DNA from: Candidatus Saccharimonadota bacterium
GTDB lineage: Bacteria > Patescibacteriota > Saccharimonadia > CAILAD01 > BJGX01
Length of the DNA: 60,706 nucleotides
Assembly: GCA_014191035.1 (NCBI GenBank)
Contig: BJGX01000004.1
Coordinates: 1-60,706, forward strand
Direction of reading: 5' to 3'
Below the pieces are notes generated by a model. The model made no database searches. It had not been told where the DNA came from and worked only from the letters and a program-made list of their open reading frames with translations. The translations under genes were made by a program, and so were the position numbers. Positions 28,519 through 37,847 of the stretch are shown here, piece after piece. Each line of letters opens with the position of its first letter. Position 1 is the stretch's first letter.

Positions 28519-30483
28519 CTATTTTTCTATCTTATATGAATAAATTTTATCTCCTGAATTTATTAAAATCTGGGAGTTTTTTGGTTCAATTGTGAATGAG
28601 CTAATTTTTTGATCTGACTCGAGCGCATATTGCCTTATGAAATTGGCAGAATTGGACTCCGTAGTTAGTAGCGCCAGACGGTCCGAGGCTTCATTTAGTA
28701 GAATGAAATAACCCGAATCTTTGTTATAGTAAATATCTTTTATATTTCCAAAACCCGCAGGTAGCCCATTGAGCTGATAAGAACGCTCTGAGCCCTGTTC
28801 GAATAAAAGAATTTTATCTTTTATTGAAATGAAAATATTTCCATTTACAGCAAACGATGTGGCCTGAGAAAGCTCATTTTCAGAGGTGTTTTTGAGTATG
28901 TTTGCTCTTGAAGATAAATTAAGTCCGGATTTAAGATATCTTACTACTTGATTGTCCTGCGCAGCCAATAGGTAGACATTACCCAAGTACGAAGAGATGT
29001 CATTTGATTTAGGTAGCGAATTCGCATTAAGCTTTTGAAGGCCTTTATCTGAAGTGTACTGTAAAATATTTGCCTTACCAAGAACAATTAGACCTGAGTC
29101 TGCAATACTATCCATACTTATTGCCCCTCTAAGGTCTTCAGAACTAGCCCTTATGATAGGCGAGCCTAGTAATGGATTAATTTCAATTATTGATCCATTA
29201 CTGCTGTCCAGGCCGTAAAGAGAGCTATTTAGCCATACAAGGCTTTTTAAGTTGTTTTGAGCAATCTTGAATGAGTTGGATGGTGAAATTCTTGAGGTTA
29301 GATTTAGCTTGTCCTCTAGGGCTATCAGCGAGCTTTGGGTGGAACTAAAGCCGGTTTTGATTCTACCTTTTATTTCGAGCTCATTTAGCTTGTCTCTTTC
29401 TGATGAGCTTATTTTATTTAATATTTGTTCGGCTTTATCTATACTTTCCTTAGCAGAAGCTTGATTGTTTTTTGATAGAGCTGATTTAGCATTATCGATA
29501 AGAGTTTGTGAGTTCTCTAGCTGAGTCAAAGACTTTGGCTTGGCTGTAAGGCTTGATATACCTAAAGAAAGTATACTTATAATTATTATTGTAATTACCA
29601 CAATAATAATAGCTTGTTTAGGGTTGGGATTGATGTATTTTGACCAAAATGAAGTCCACCCAGACTTTGTTTTTGAACTAATTTCTGATGTAATTTTTTT
29701 ATTACTTTTACCTAAAGTCTTAGCTTTTGTTTTAGATTTTGAAGCTGCTTCTTTGATCGATTTTTGAATTTGAGTCATTAGTTTTTTAAATTTTGCATCG
29801 CTTATGGCTTTAGGTTTATCGTTACCTTGGCTAGTTTCTTGCAGCGTATTATTGTCTTCTAATTCAATTAAAAGGGCACTAAAGGCGTGTGTTTTATCTT
29901 TTTGTCGTAAGGATTCGTCTAATTCATCCTCGAAGTTGTCTCGTGAGCTACTTATGGCCATTTTTGATAACTGTTTTTTAGGAATACTTTGGGATATGTA
30001 TTGACTAGCAATTAATATTTTATCTTCGCTATTTAGCTTGCCCTGACCAATCTCTCTAAATATCTTACTTTTGGTATGGGTCGACAAATCTGTAGACGAA
30101 GTGTTTCGTAATAGAAGGAACGTATTGTCTCCAATATCAGAAAAAAGCATTCTGTCATTTGATGTAGCAACAATTGCCATATCAAGTGAGTGCTCGTGCT
30201 TTTTAAGCTGTGCATTTAGGGTCTTTAGGACTTGCTTAAATCTGGATTCGAAGCTGTCTGAAGGAATATCTTCATAAAAAGATTTACCACAAGCCTCAAT
30301 GAGTTTCTCAAAGTCGATTCTTCGGTTGCCGGAATTGTTTTCGAACAGAATATAGAGATTTCCAGTTTCAGAGAGAATGTTTTCTCCTGGTTCAAAACCA
30401 ATTGCAAGGCATTCGTCAGAATTAGATGATTCTGACGAAACATTGATTTGTATATGCTTGGCATTTAACAGGCTATTTTTCAT
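28519..30483 (-). CDS. Hypothetical single-pass membrane protein (cytoplasmic N-domain, coiled coil, extracytoplasmic beta-rich C-domain)
   Basis: Central TM AIIIVVITIIIISILSLGISSL. No family recognised with confidence. Confidence 0.4.
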   Translation of the reverse strand: MKNSLLNAKHIQINVSSESSNSDECLAIGFEPGENILSETGNLYILFENNSGNRRIDFEKLIEACGKSFYEDIPSDSFESRFKQVLKTLNAQLKKHEHSLDMAIVATSNDRMLFSDIGDNTFLLLRNTSSTDLSTHTKSKIFREIGQGKLNSEDKILIASQYISQSIPKKQLSKMAISSSRDNFEDELDESLRQKDKTHAFSALLIELEDNNTLQETSQGNDKPKAISDAKFKKLMTQIQKSIKEAASKSKTKAKTLGKSNKKITSEISSKTKSGWTSFWSKYINPNPKQAIIIVVITIIIISILSLGISSLTAKPKSLTQLENSQTLIDNAKSALSKNNQASAKESIDKAEQILNKISSSERDKLNELEIKGRIKTGFSSTQSSLIALEDKLNLTSRISPSNSFKIAQNNLKSLVWLNSSLYGLDSSNGSIIEINPLLGSPIIRASSEDLRGAISMDSIADSGLIVLGKANILQYTSDKGLQKLNANSLPKSNDISSYLGNVYLLAAQDNQVVRYLKSGLNLSSRANILKNTSENELSQATSFAVNGNIFISIKDKILLFEQGSERSYQLNGLPAGFGNIKDIYYNKDSGYFILLNEASDRLALLTTESNSANFIRQYALESDQKISSFTIEPKNSQILINSGDKIYSYKIEK

Positions 30484-30537
30484 TATCCCTCTTTTGAACT
30501 ATTATAACATCTGATTGCAATGGGGTATTATATTAGT

Positions 30538-33381
30538 ATGAACAAAGCCGACAAAGTAACATTTACAAAGCCGCAGCTTAAGGTTATAAATCATAATGAC
30601 GGGCCAATGTTGGTAGTTGCAGGTGCAGGAACAGGAAAGACGGCGGTAATTACTCAGAGAGTCGCTAGGTTAATTTTGAGTGAAAAGGCAAAACCTGAAG
30701 AGATATTGGCTTTGACTTTTACGGATAAGGCGGCCGCCGAAATGCAGCAAAGGGTCGATGAACTTTTGCCATATGGCTATTTAGATACCCAAATAATGAC
30801 TTTTCACGCTCTAGCCGACAAGATTATGCGCGAGTTTGCGCTTGATGCTGGAGTTAGCCCAGAATTTCAAATTTTAACAGACGTTCAGCAGACAATCATA
30901 CTACAAGAAGTACTGGCAAACACACAATTTGAGTACTTTAGCCCACAAAGAGATCCGTTTGCATTTGTATCTTCAATAAAAAGTGTCATTTCCAGGCTAA
31001 AAGATGAGGGAATCGACGCAGGAGAGTTCAAAAAAAGAGTCGCTAAACTAAATGATACAAAACCGGGGGAAGAGAATGAATCAATGCCTGATTTGGTAGA
31101 AATTTACTTAAAATATTCTGCTATTTGCGAGTCTAAAAACAGCTTAGATTTCGGCGATATGTTGATAAAATTACAGCATTTATTGAAAAAAAGAAATACT
31201 GTTAAAAACGAGCTGCAAAAACGCTATAAATATGTGCTTGTAGATGAATTTCAAGACACAAATTCAATTCAAATGCAGATAATACTTTTACTATTATCAA
31301 AGAAACAAAATATTATGGTAGTTGGTGATGACGACCAAGCAATATACCGTTTTAGGGGCGCATCTGTTCAGAACATACTCTCGTTTAGGTCTCATTTTCC
31401 CAGCAGCGATATTTCTGTTCTTAAGGATAATTTCAGAAGCGGGCAATCAATTCTGGATGCAGGCTATAAGCTAATACAAAATAACAATCCTCAGAGGCTA
31501 GAAGTAAGTGAAAATATAGATAAAAACCTTATTGCCCACCAATTTTCTGATGCGAGCGTCAATATTGATGAGTACGGAAATAAAATTGGCGAATCTGAGG
31601 GAGTTGTTGAAAAAATTTCTGAGCTAGTTGAATCTGAAGTAGACAGCAAAGACATAGCTATTTTATTAAGAAAGAACAATCAGATAAAGCCTTATATTTT
31701 AGAGCTTCAAAAACATAAAATTGCCTACCACGTTCATCAGGATGTTGAGCTTTTTGAGCAAAAGAGTGTGAAAATGATGGTTGCTCTTGCAAAATCGATA
31801 GCAGATCCTGGCGATTCATCATCATTGTTTCAATTGTTAATCAGCGGACTTTTTAAAGATTATAATATTCATCATGTAATTGATTATTCTTCAAAATCTA
31901 AGCGCCTCAATAAAAGCTTATTTGAATATCTAGCACATGATGAGCAAAAAGATGGTTGGATAGAGGCCGCCCTAAAAAGTATTATTAATTGGCGCGAGAT
32001 GATTGCAGATTTTAGTGCTGGTGAGGTTCTTTTTACAGCAGTTAAAGAAAGCGGTTATTTGAAAAGGGCTCTAGATGATTCGGTCACATCAGTAGATAAG
32101 GCTTTAGAGGTTCAATATATGACAGACTTTTTTAAGCTTGTTAAGCAGTTTGAATTGGCATCTTCAAACCCTAGCCTTAATGAGCTTTGCGAGTATTTGG
32201 ATGAAATACGACAGTCATCGGCCGATATTATGAGCGAAATCTCTCCACTTGATATCTCCGGCGTTCAGATTATGACGGTTCATAAAGCTAAAGGTTTGGA
32301 ATTCGATTATATCTTCTTGCCCGAGCTAACTGAACAGACCTTTCCTTCTTATAACAGAGGGGAGCGAATTAGGATACCCGTAGATATAATAAACCCCGGA
32401 GAAGGTGACCAGTTTCAAGAAGAAAGAAGGCTTTTTTATGTAGCACTTACCAGGGCAAAACAGCAGGCTTATTTAAGCTACGCAAAGGATCATGGCTTGA
32501 AGCGAGATAAAAAGATTTCTCGCTTTGTGGTTGAGGCTATAGGAAAAGATTGGTCCGAAAAATCAAATTCTATACCGTCGCAACGAAGTATGTCAGAAGT
32601 ATTAACGAGCTTTGAGCCAGTTGTAAAAAAAGTTGAGAAAGAAAAGATATTATCAAGGCTATTTAAGGGAGAGTGGCTATATTTAACGACCAATCAGATT
32701 GCTGATTATCTAAGATCACCTAAAGAATTTTGGCTGTTTCATGTTCTACATCTACCAAAAGGCCCATTTCATAGCTTGATATATGGTTCAAGCATTCATG
32801 CTGCGCTTGAGCACTACTACAAATATCGTTTGAAAAATAAAGAGACAAATATTGCAGAAATATTAAAAGTCTATGAATCCTCTTGGAGCAGTGAAGGCTT
32901 TGTGTCGGCCGAGCACGAAAAAAATCTTTTCGAAAATGGCAAAAAAGTACTTAGTGACTACATCATAAGACATAGAAAAGACGGTTTTAAGCCGGTTTCT
33001 ATTGAGCAGCCCTTTGAACTTCAGCTTACTGAACTCAAAACAGTGATATCAGGACGTTACGATATCGTACTGGAGTCAGAAGGAGAAATAGAAATAAGAG
33101 ATTTTAAAACTTCTAGAGTGAATGATCAGAAAAAAGCCGACACCAAAGCAAAACAAAGCGTTCAGCTGGGAATATATGCCTTATCTTGGGAGAAACTTCA
33201 AAAAAGTCCAGTAAGCTCCACTAGTCTAGAATTTGTTGAGGACGGTTTTATAGGTAGAAGCGCCAAGGTCGACAATGAAAAGACTCTAGAATTAATAACC
33301 AAGGCAGTAAAGGGCATAAAAAACATGGAATTTGAAGAAAAAGGGGACAATTACGTAGATTTTGACAAACTTTTAGTATGA
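30538..33381 (+). CDS. UvrD/PcrA-type superfamily-1 helicase fused to a C-terminal PD-(D/E)XK (RecB/AddA-like) nuclease
   Basis: AGAGTGKT Walker A, VLVDEFQDTN, and VGDDDQAIYRFRGA. The C-terminal GRYDIV...EIRDFKTSR...QLGIYAL is a nuclease motif set. Start ATG 30538 has TATTAT 6 nt upstream. Confidence 0.8.
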   Translation: MNKADKVTFTKPQLKVINHNDGPMLVVAGAGTGKTAVITQRVARLILSEKAKPEEILALTFTDKAAAEMQQRVDELLPYGYLDTQIMTFHALADKIMREFALDAGVSPEFQILTDVQQTIILQEVLANTQFEYFSPQRDPFAFVSSIKSVISRLKDEGIDAGEFKKRVAKLNDTKPGEENESMPDLVEIYLKYSAICESKNSLDFGDMLIKLQHLLKKRNTVKNELQKRYKYVLVDEFQDTNSIQMQIILLLLSKKQNIMVVGDDDQAIYRFRGASVQNILSFRSHFPSSDISVLKDNFRSGQSILDAGYKLIQNNNPQRLEVSENIDKNLIAHQFSDASVNIDEYGNKIGESEGVVEKISELVESEVDSKDIAILLRKNNQIKPYILELQKHKIAYHVHQDVELFEQKSVKMMVALAKSIADPGDSSSLFQLLISGLFKDYNIHHVIDYSSKSKRLNKSLFEYLAHDEQKDGWIEAALKSIINWREMIADFSAGEVLFTAVKESGYLKRALDDSVTSVDKALEVQYMTDFFKLVKQFELASSNPSLNELCEYLDEIRQSSADIMSEISPLDISGVQIMTVHKAKGLEFDYIFLPELTEQTFPSYNRGERIRIPVDIINPGEGDQFQEERRLFYVALTRAKQQAYLSYAKDHGLKRDKKISRFVVEAIGKDWSEKSNSIPSQRSMSEVLTSFEPVVKKVEKEKILSRLFKGEWLYLTTNQIADYLRSPKEFWLFHVLHLPKGPFHSLIYGSSIHAALEHYYKYRLKNKETNIAEILKVYESSWSSEGFVSAEHEKNLFENGKKVLSDYIIRHRKDGFKPVSIEQPFELQLTELKTVISGRYDIVLESEGEIEIRDFKTSRVNDQKKADTKAKQSVQLGIYALSWEKLQKSPVSSTSLEFVEDGFIGRSAKVDNEKTLELITKAVKGIKNMEFEEKGDNYVDFDKLLV

Positions 33382-33878
33382 AAAAAATAGAATCAAGTTA
33401 TCGAGATCAATTATGGTTAGAGCAAATGCTAGATTATATATGGTCTAATCATTTTTCGGACGTCGAAAAAGTTAATGAAGTTAAAATTAAGTATGGACGA
33501 AAGGCTAAGAGGCGATTAGGGTCAATTGGGCTAGATAGAAATGATCAGACTATTTCAATAATTACCATTAATCCTATTTATCGGGATCCAGAAGTACCAC
33601 AGCATGTAATTGTGGCGACAATCGTTCACGAAATGACGCATTATGCCCACGGATTTAATTCGATGCATGATAGAAAGCAACGACACCCTCATAGGGGTGG
33701 GGTGATAAGAAGGGAATTTGCCGAGAGAGGGCTTGAAAGTATGTATATAGAACAAAAGAAGTGGCTTGATCAAAACTGGATTAGTATATTAGAAAAACAT
33801 TTTGGAGCAGAAAATATCTACAGACCAAGAAAATCAAAGCTCAAAATAAAAATCCCATGGTGGATTTCTGGACTATAA
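33378..33878 (+). CDS. SprT/YgjP-like zinc metallopeptidase-fold protein
   Basis: Carries a HEMTHYAH (HExxH) motif plus downstream HPHRGG. The ATG overlaps the helicase stop (atga). Confidence 0.5.
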   Translation: MKKIESSYRDQLWLEQMLDYIWSNHFSDVEKVNEVKIKYGRKAKRRLGSIGLDRNDQTISIITINPIYRDPEVPQHVIVATIVHEMTHYAHGFNSMHDRKQRHPHRGGVIRREFAERGLESMYIEQKKWLDQNWISILEKHFGAENIYRPRKSKLKIKIPWWISGL

Positions 33879-33902
33879 TTTCAAAAAGAGTAAAATATAA
33901 GC

Positions 33903-34253
33903 ATGAGTAGTATAAATAAAAGTACTAGGAAGGTTAAAAGGCGCTCAAAAACACTTAATCTGTCTTCGGGTAAAACGAAATACAGTAAAAAGCCATCCAG
34001 AGACTCAGTAAAAATTGCTGCAAAAAAGCTAAGTAGAACAAAGACGCGCCAATATGTGTTATTTGCCTTAGGAGCGTTCGTGATAATGCAAATTATTAGT
34101 TATGTTACTACCGATAGCCCTATAGCCGACCTGATCCCGTCGGGAGGGCTTGTATTTTTGTTGGTAATTTATCTTCAATTCGGCCTTATGCTTGCGCTGG
34201 TTGGATTTTTAATGGCCGCATCGGTGACTTATCTACGGTCCCTAAATGACTAG
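33903..34253 (+). CDS. Small basic membrane protein (hypothetical)
   Basis: K/R-rich N-terminus and two TM helices. TAAAAT lies 6 nt upstream of the ATG. Confidence 0.4.
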   Translation: MSSINKSTRKVKRRSKTLNLSSGKTKYSKKPSRDSVKIAAKKLSRTKTRQYVLFALGAFVIMQIISYVTTDSPIADLIPSGGLVFLLVIYLQFGLMLALVGFLMAASVTYLRSLND

Positions 34254-34439
34254 TCATGAATGATGCTTTAGCATTTAAATAATGTAAATATTCAATTTTT
34301 ATATCTGTAAAAACTAATTTTATAGTAATTCAAAAATAGTATTAATAAGAATAAATAAGTTGAACATAGTACAAAATAAATTAATTTTCGTTTTGTGTTC
34401 GCAATATTATGATCTTTGTAGTATTATTGAATTAAACAT

Positions 34440-35510
34440 ATGAACAATATATTGATTATCTTACTATCAGTGATATTTCTGGCCTTAATTGCAGTCATTT
34501 ATTTAATAATGACTAGAAAAAATGAAGCAAGCACTGATTCTTTGTCTTTTTTGAAGCAAGATTTACAAGGTCTGCAGCAGTTAATTAATCAGTCTCAGTC
34601 TCATCTTAATGAAAGAATAGATAAGAATAATGCCGCTATGCAGCAAAGTGTACAAAAGCAAATGAGTGAGTCTTCTAAATTAATTTCGGACGTTACCGAG
34701 AGACTTACAAAGCTCGATGAAACCAACAAAAGGGTAGTTGATGTAGCAGATGAGCTTAAAACCCTACAAAATGTTTTACAGAATCCTAAGCAGAGAGGTG
34801 TTTTGGGCGAATATTACCTTCAAACAGTTCTTGATAATGTTCTTCCTGCTGGTAGATATAAGCTTCAGCACAAATTTAATGATGGCGAGACAGTTGATGC
34901 GGTTATATTTTTAGAAAAAGACAAAATACTACCAATTGACTCCAAATTTAGTCTTGAAAACTATAATCGTCTGGTAGAAGAGAAGAATAAAGAAAGGAAA
35001 GAAGCTTTAACTAAAAAGTTTAAGCAGGATCTCAAGACAAGAATTGACGAAACAAGTAAATACATTAGGCCTTCAGAGAACACAATGGAGTTTGCATTTA
35101 TGTTTATACCTTCAGAGGCAATCTATAATGATTTGCTAACCAATAAGATAGGAGTTACGGACACGGCCTCAAGAGACTTAATAGAATATGCTTTTCAGGA
35201 GAAAAAAGTTATTATTGTTAGCCCGACTACTTTTATGGCCTATTTACAAACAGTTCTTCAGGGATTAAGAAGCTTACAGATAGAGGAGCAAGCTAAAGAG
35301 ATTCAAAAAAGGGTTGGCTTATTGGGTAGACACATTAAGAGTTATGAGCAATTTATGCATAAGCTGGGTAATTCGCTTGGAACAACCGTAAATCACTATA
35401 ATAATGCTCATAAGGAGCTAAAAAAGATTGATAAAGACGTGGTAAAAATAGCCGGAACAGAAGAAGTTGTGGATCCTATGCAATTAGAAAAGCCAAGTAT
35501 CGAAGACTAG
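34440..35510 (+). CDS. rmuC: DNA recombination protein RmuC
   Basis: N-terminal TM helix and coiled coil. QRGVLGEYYLQTVL...LPIDSKF...FMFIPSEAIY is the RmuC core. Confidence 0.85.
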   Translation: MNNILIILLSVIFLALIAVIYLIMTRKNEASTDSLSFLKQDLQGLQQLINQSQSHLNERIDKNNAAMQQSVQKQMSESSKLISDVTERLTKLDETNKRVVDVADELKTLQNVLQNPKQRGVLGEYYLQTVLDNVLPAGRYKLQHKFNDGETVDAVIFLEKDKILPIDSKFSLENYNRLVEEKNKERKEALTKKFKQDLKTRIDETSKYIRPSENTMEFAFMFIPSEAIYNDLLTNKIGVTDTASRDLIEYAFQEKKVIIVSPTTFMAYLQTVLQGLRSLQIEEQAKEIQKRVGLLGRHIKSYEQFMHKLGNSLGTTVNHYNNAHKELKKIDKDVVKIAGTEEVVDPMQLEKPSIED

Positions 35511-35534
35511 CAGTAAGTATTGTATAATACGCTT

Positions 35535-36521
35535 ATGAAAACTGTATTCTCAGGCCTTAAACCTACCGGAGAAATGACCATTGGTAATTATTTGGGTGCA
35601 ATAAAACATTGGCCACTAAGCCAATCTAAAGATAACAGAACTATATTTTTTGTGCCTAATTCGCACGCATTAACTGTTAGGCAAAGTCCTGAGGACATAA
35701 AAACGCGAACATTAGACCTGGTTGCTTGGTTACTAACAGCAGGTATCGAACCATCTAAATCAATAATCTTAGTGCAGTCCATGGTGCCAGCACATGCTGA
35801 GCTATTTTGGATCTTAGATAATTATGTGACCATGGGCGAATTAAGTAGGATGACCCAATTTAAGGATAAATCACAAAAATTAGGTCCAGAAGGGCAGCTA
35901 GTGGGCCTTTTTAACTATCCTGTACTTATGGCAGCCGACATTTTGCTTTATGACTCTAATGAAGTGCCAGTTGGCGAAGATCAAGTTCAGCACGTTGAGC
36001 TCACAAGAGACATAGCAAATAGATTCAACAAGCTATATGGAGAAACTTTTGTTCTTCCTAAAGCCACAATTCCTAATTACGGAGGAAGGGTTATGAGCCT
36101 GGATAACCCCTCTGTAAAAATGAGTAAAAGTGATCATCCAGATAGTTATGTCGCACTTGGAGAGTCGGCTGAGTCTGTAGTTAATAAATTCAAAAGAGCT
36201 GTCACAGACTCAGACACCCAGATTCGCTATAACAAAAGCGAAAAACCTGCTATTTCTAACTTGATGGAAATATATGCAGGATTTTCAGGTATGAGTTTAG
36301 AAGAAATTGAAAATAAATATGAAGGAATAGGCTATGGTGAATTTAAGAATGATCTAGGAGAACTCACTGCAGAGAAATTATCTTCGCTCCAAAAAGATTT
36401 TGAAAAATACAGGTCCAATGAGATTGGTCTTATGAGTATTATTGAAGAGGGTAGCCAAAAAGCCTCAGCAATAGCCAATAAAAAGCTATCAGAAGTAAAG
36501 AATAAAATAGGCTTGTTGTAA
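35535..36521 (+). CDS. trpS: Tryptophan--tRNA ligase
   Basis: SGLKPTGEMTIGNYLGA (HIGH-like), KMSKS, and GEDQVQHVELTRDIA. TATAAT (35523-35528) lies 6 nt upstream of the ATG. Confidence 0.9.
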   Translation: MKTVFSGLKPTGEMTIGNYLGAIKHWPLSQSKDNRTIFFVPNSHALTVRQSPEDIKTRTLDLVAWLLTAGIEPSKSIILVQSMVPAHAELFWILDNYVTMGELSRMTQFKDKSQKLGPEGQLVGLFNYPVLMAADILLYDSNEVPVGEDQVQHVELTRDIANRFNKLYGETFVLPKATIPNYGGRVMSLDNPSVKMSKSDHPDSYVALGESAESVVNKFKRAVTDSDTQIRYNKSEKPAISNLMEIYAGFSGMSLEEIENKYEGIGYGEFKNDLGELTAEKLSSLQKDFEKYRSNEIGLMSIIEEGSQKASAIANKKLSEVKNKIGLL

Positions 36522-36572
36522 AAAATAAACACATTTTTACAGAGTAAAATTAAATTATACGCACAAAAAGTA

Positions 36573-36602
36573 TTGACATAAGCATAAGCGTAATGCTATA
36601 CT
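36573..36602 (+). promoter_or_regulatory. Strong sigma-70-like promoter with no ORF behind it
   Basis: TTGACA (36573-36578), 18-nt spacer, TATACT (36597-36602). Confidence 0.55.
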
Positions 36603-36609
36603 ATAGCTA

Positions 36610-37097
36610 TATTAAGTTCATTAAAAACAAAAACAAAAATCCATGCCACATATTAAGCCTCCATAGGTGCAGCCTGAACTCTAAAAGGTTTGCCACATAA
36701 TTTTAGACGGTAAGGGATTTCTGGATACAAAAAGCAACCCCCTTGTTTTTTGTACCAGAACTTCCTTACTGTCGTAGGGTTTGTCTGAGTGCAGTCATTA
36801 TGCTCAGGGGGAGTTAGACTCCATACCCGATGGAATTTGACCAGGACATAGTCTTCTTTTAAAGAAGGTTGTATCCTGGTCAAGTCCCGAACCGATGGTT
36901 GGGAAGCGACAGCTGCAGTATTTGTTCCATAACATAATTAAAAAGCAGTTGCACCTTCTAGATCTTAGCACCCAGTTAGGATCACCATACCGGGCCGATA
37001 CATGCCAAGTTTGTTTCTAAACATATTAGGGCATTTGAATCGGCCCGTAACCATTTGATTATATTTACGCCACCCATTTGTACAGGGTGGCTTTTTT
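36610..37097 (+). ncRNA. Candidate large structured non-coding RNA (about 485 nt), class unknown
   Basis: Bounded by a consensus promoter and an intrinsic terminator. The longest plus-strand ORF is about 40 codons with no SD. At least four long hairpins contain G:U pairs that form only on the plus strand. Confidence 0.4.
37069..37097 (+). terminator. Intrinsic terminator
   Basis: gccaccc-atttgtaca-gggtggc followed by tttttt. Confidence 0.7.
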
Positions 37098-37467
37098 AGT
37101 AATAATAATACAAATCTTGGGTATCTAACCAATATCAATCCGCAAAGATTGTAATAAATAAGCAATCAGAGCATGTCTGTATTTACATTATTTGAGTTAT
37201 TTTTACCTATATAGTAATTATTACAATGTATTGCTTTTTGCATAACTTATCCACAGTTAAATAAGCTATTTGTTGCCAGGGGTAAAGATTTAGTAGTAAA
37301 TAACTTATTTATTCACAAAATGTGGTTAAAAAAGTAGTTCATTTATTGTGTCAAGAAGTAGCATAAAATAAACTTATTCAATTATAATTTTAATTTGTTC
37401 ATTTTTTGAGCTATCTTTTTGTGCTCTGTACTATATTTGACAGGTGTGTAATAATAATCTTTATCTT

Positions 37468-37845
37468 ATGAAAAATAAAGTCTCAGGTTTAATAGTGATT
37501 ATTTCAATCGTTGCTTTTGTAAGTTTGGCAGTATTTGTGGCTGCTATTTTAATGACAAATCCTACAAAGCTTGGCCCGGGTGGAGTTACCTTTTGGTTTA
37601 TCGATGTACTCCTAATGATTTCTAGTATAACTACTTTGATCTTATATCTGGCTAGAAGAAATAGAGCCGAATCTAAAAAGAGCTTATTATTGTCATCAGC
37701 TAGAACTGGATCTATACTCGCATTCAGTCTGACATTACTGTTGGCCTTATCAAGTCTCAGAAGTTTAAATTGGAGGGATATTATTTTACTACTTCTGCTT
37801 GTCATCCTTGTTGAGGTCTTTTTCAGGACTAGAAGAGAGGCTTAA
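37468..37845 (+). CDS. Small multi-pass membrane protein (hypothetical)
   Basis: Three or four hydrophobic helices. ATG 37468 is preferred over the GTG at 37444. Confidence 0.4.
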   Translation: MKNKVSGLIVIISIVAFVSLAVFVAAILMTNPTKLGPGGVTFWFIDVLLMISSITTLILYLARRNRAESKKSLLLSSARTGSILAFSLTLLLALSSLRSLNWRDIILLLLLVILVEVFFRTRREA

Positions 37846-37847
37846 AG

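Noticed and set aside
36870-36915. Resemblance of GGUCAAGUCC...GGGAAGCGACAGC to SRP RNA domain IV (GGUCAGGUCC-GGAA-GGAAGCAGCC)
   Set aside because: The 5' part is the 3' arm of a long local hairpin (36839-36881). There is no GNAR tetraloop, since a CGAACC-GAU-GGUUG stem replaces it. No Alu-domain or closing helix of SRP type was found. It is insufficient to call ffs.
36653-37165. Minus-strand ORFs of 76 aa and 66 aa in the trpS-pheS spacer
   Set aside because: They have no SD or promoter, are Cys/Trp/Pro-rich with odd composition, and run antisense to a promoter/terminator-bounded structured unit. They are treated as spurious.
36573-37443. Possibility that the structured region is a T-box leader for the pheS/pheT operon
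   Set aside because: There is no recognisable T-box consensus, specifier-loop or AG-bulge layout. The terminator is about 370 nt and one gene away from pheS, and an AT-rich promoter-like region intervenes.
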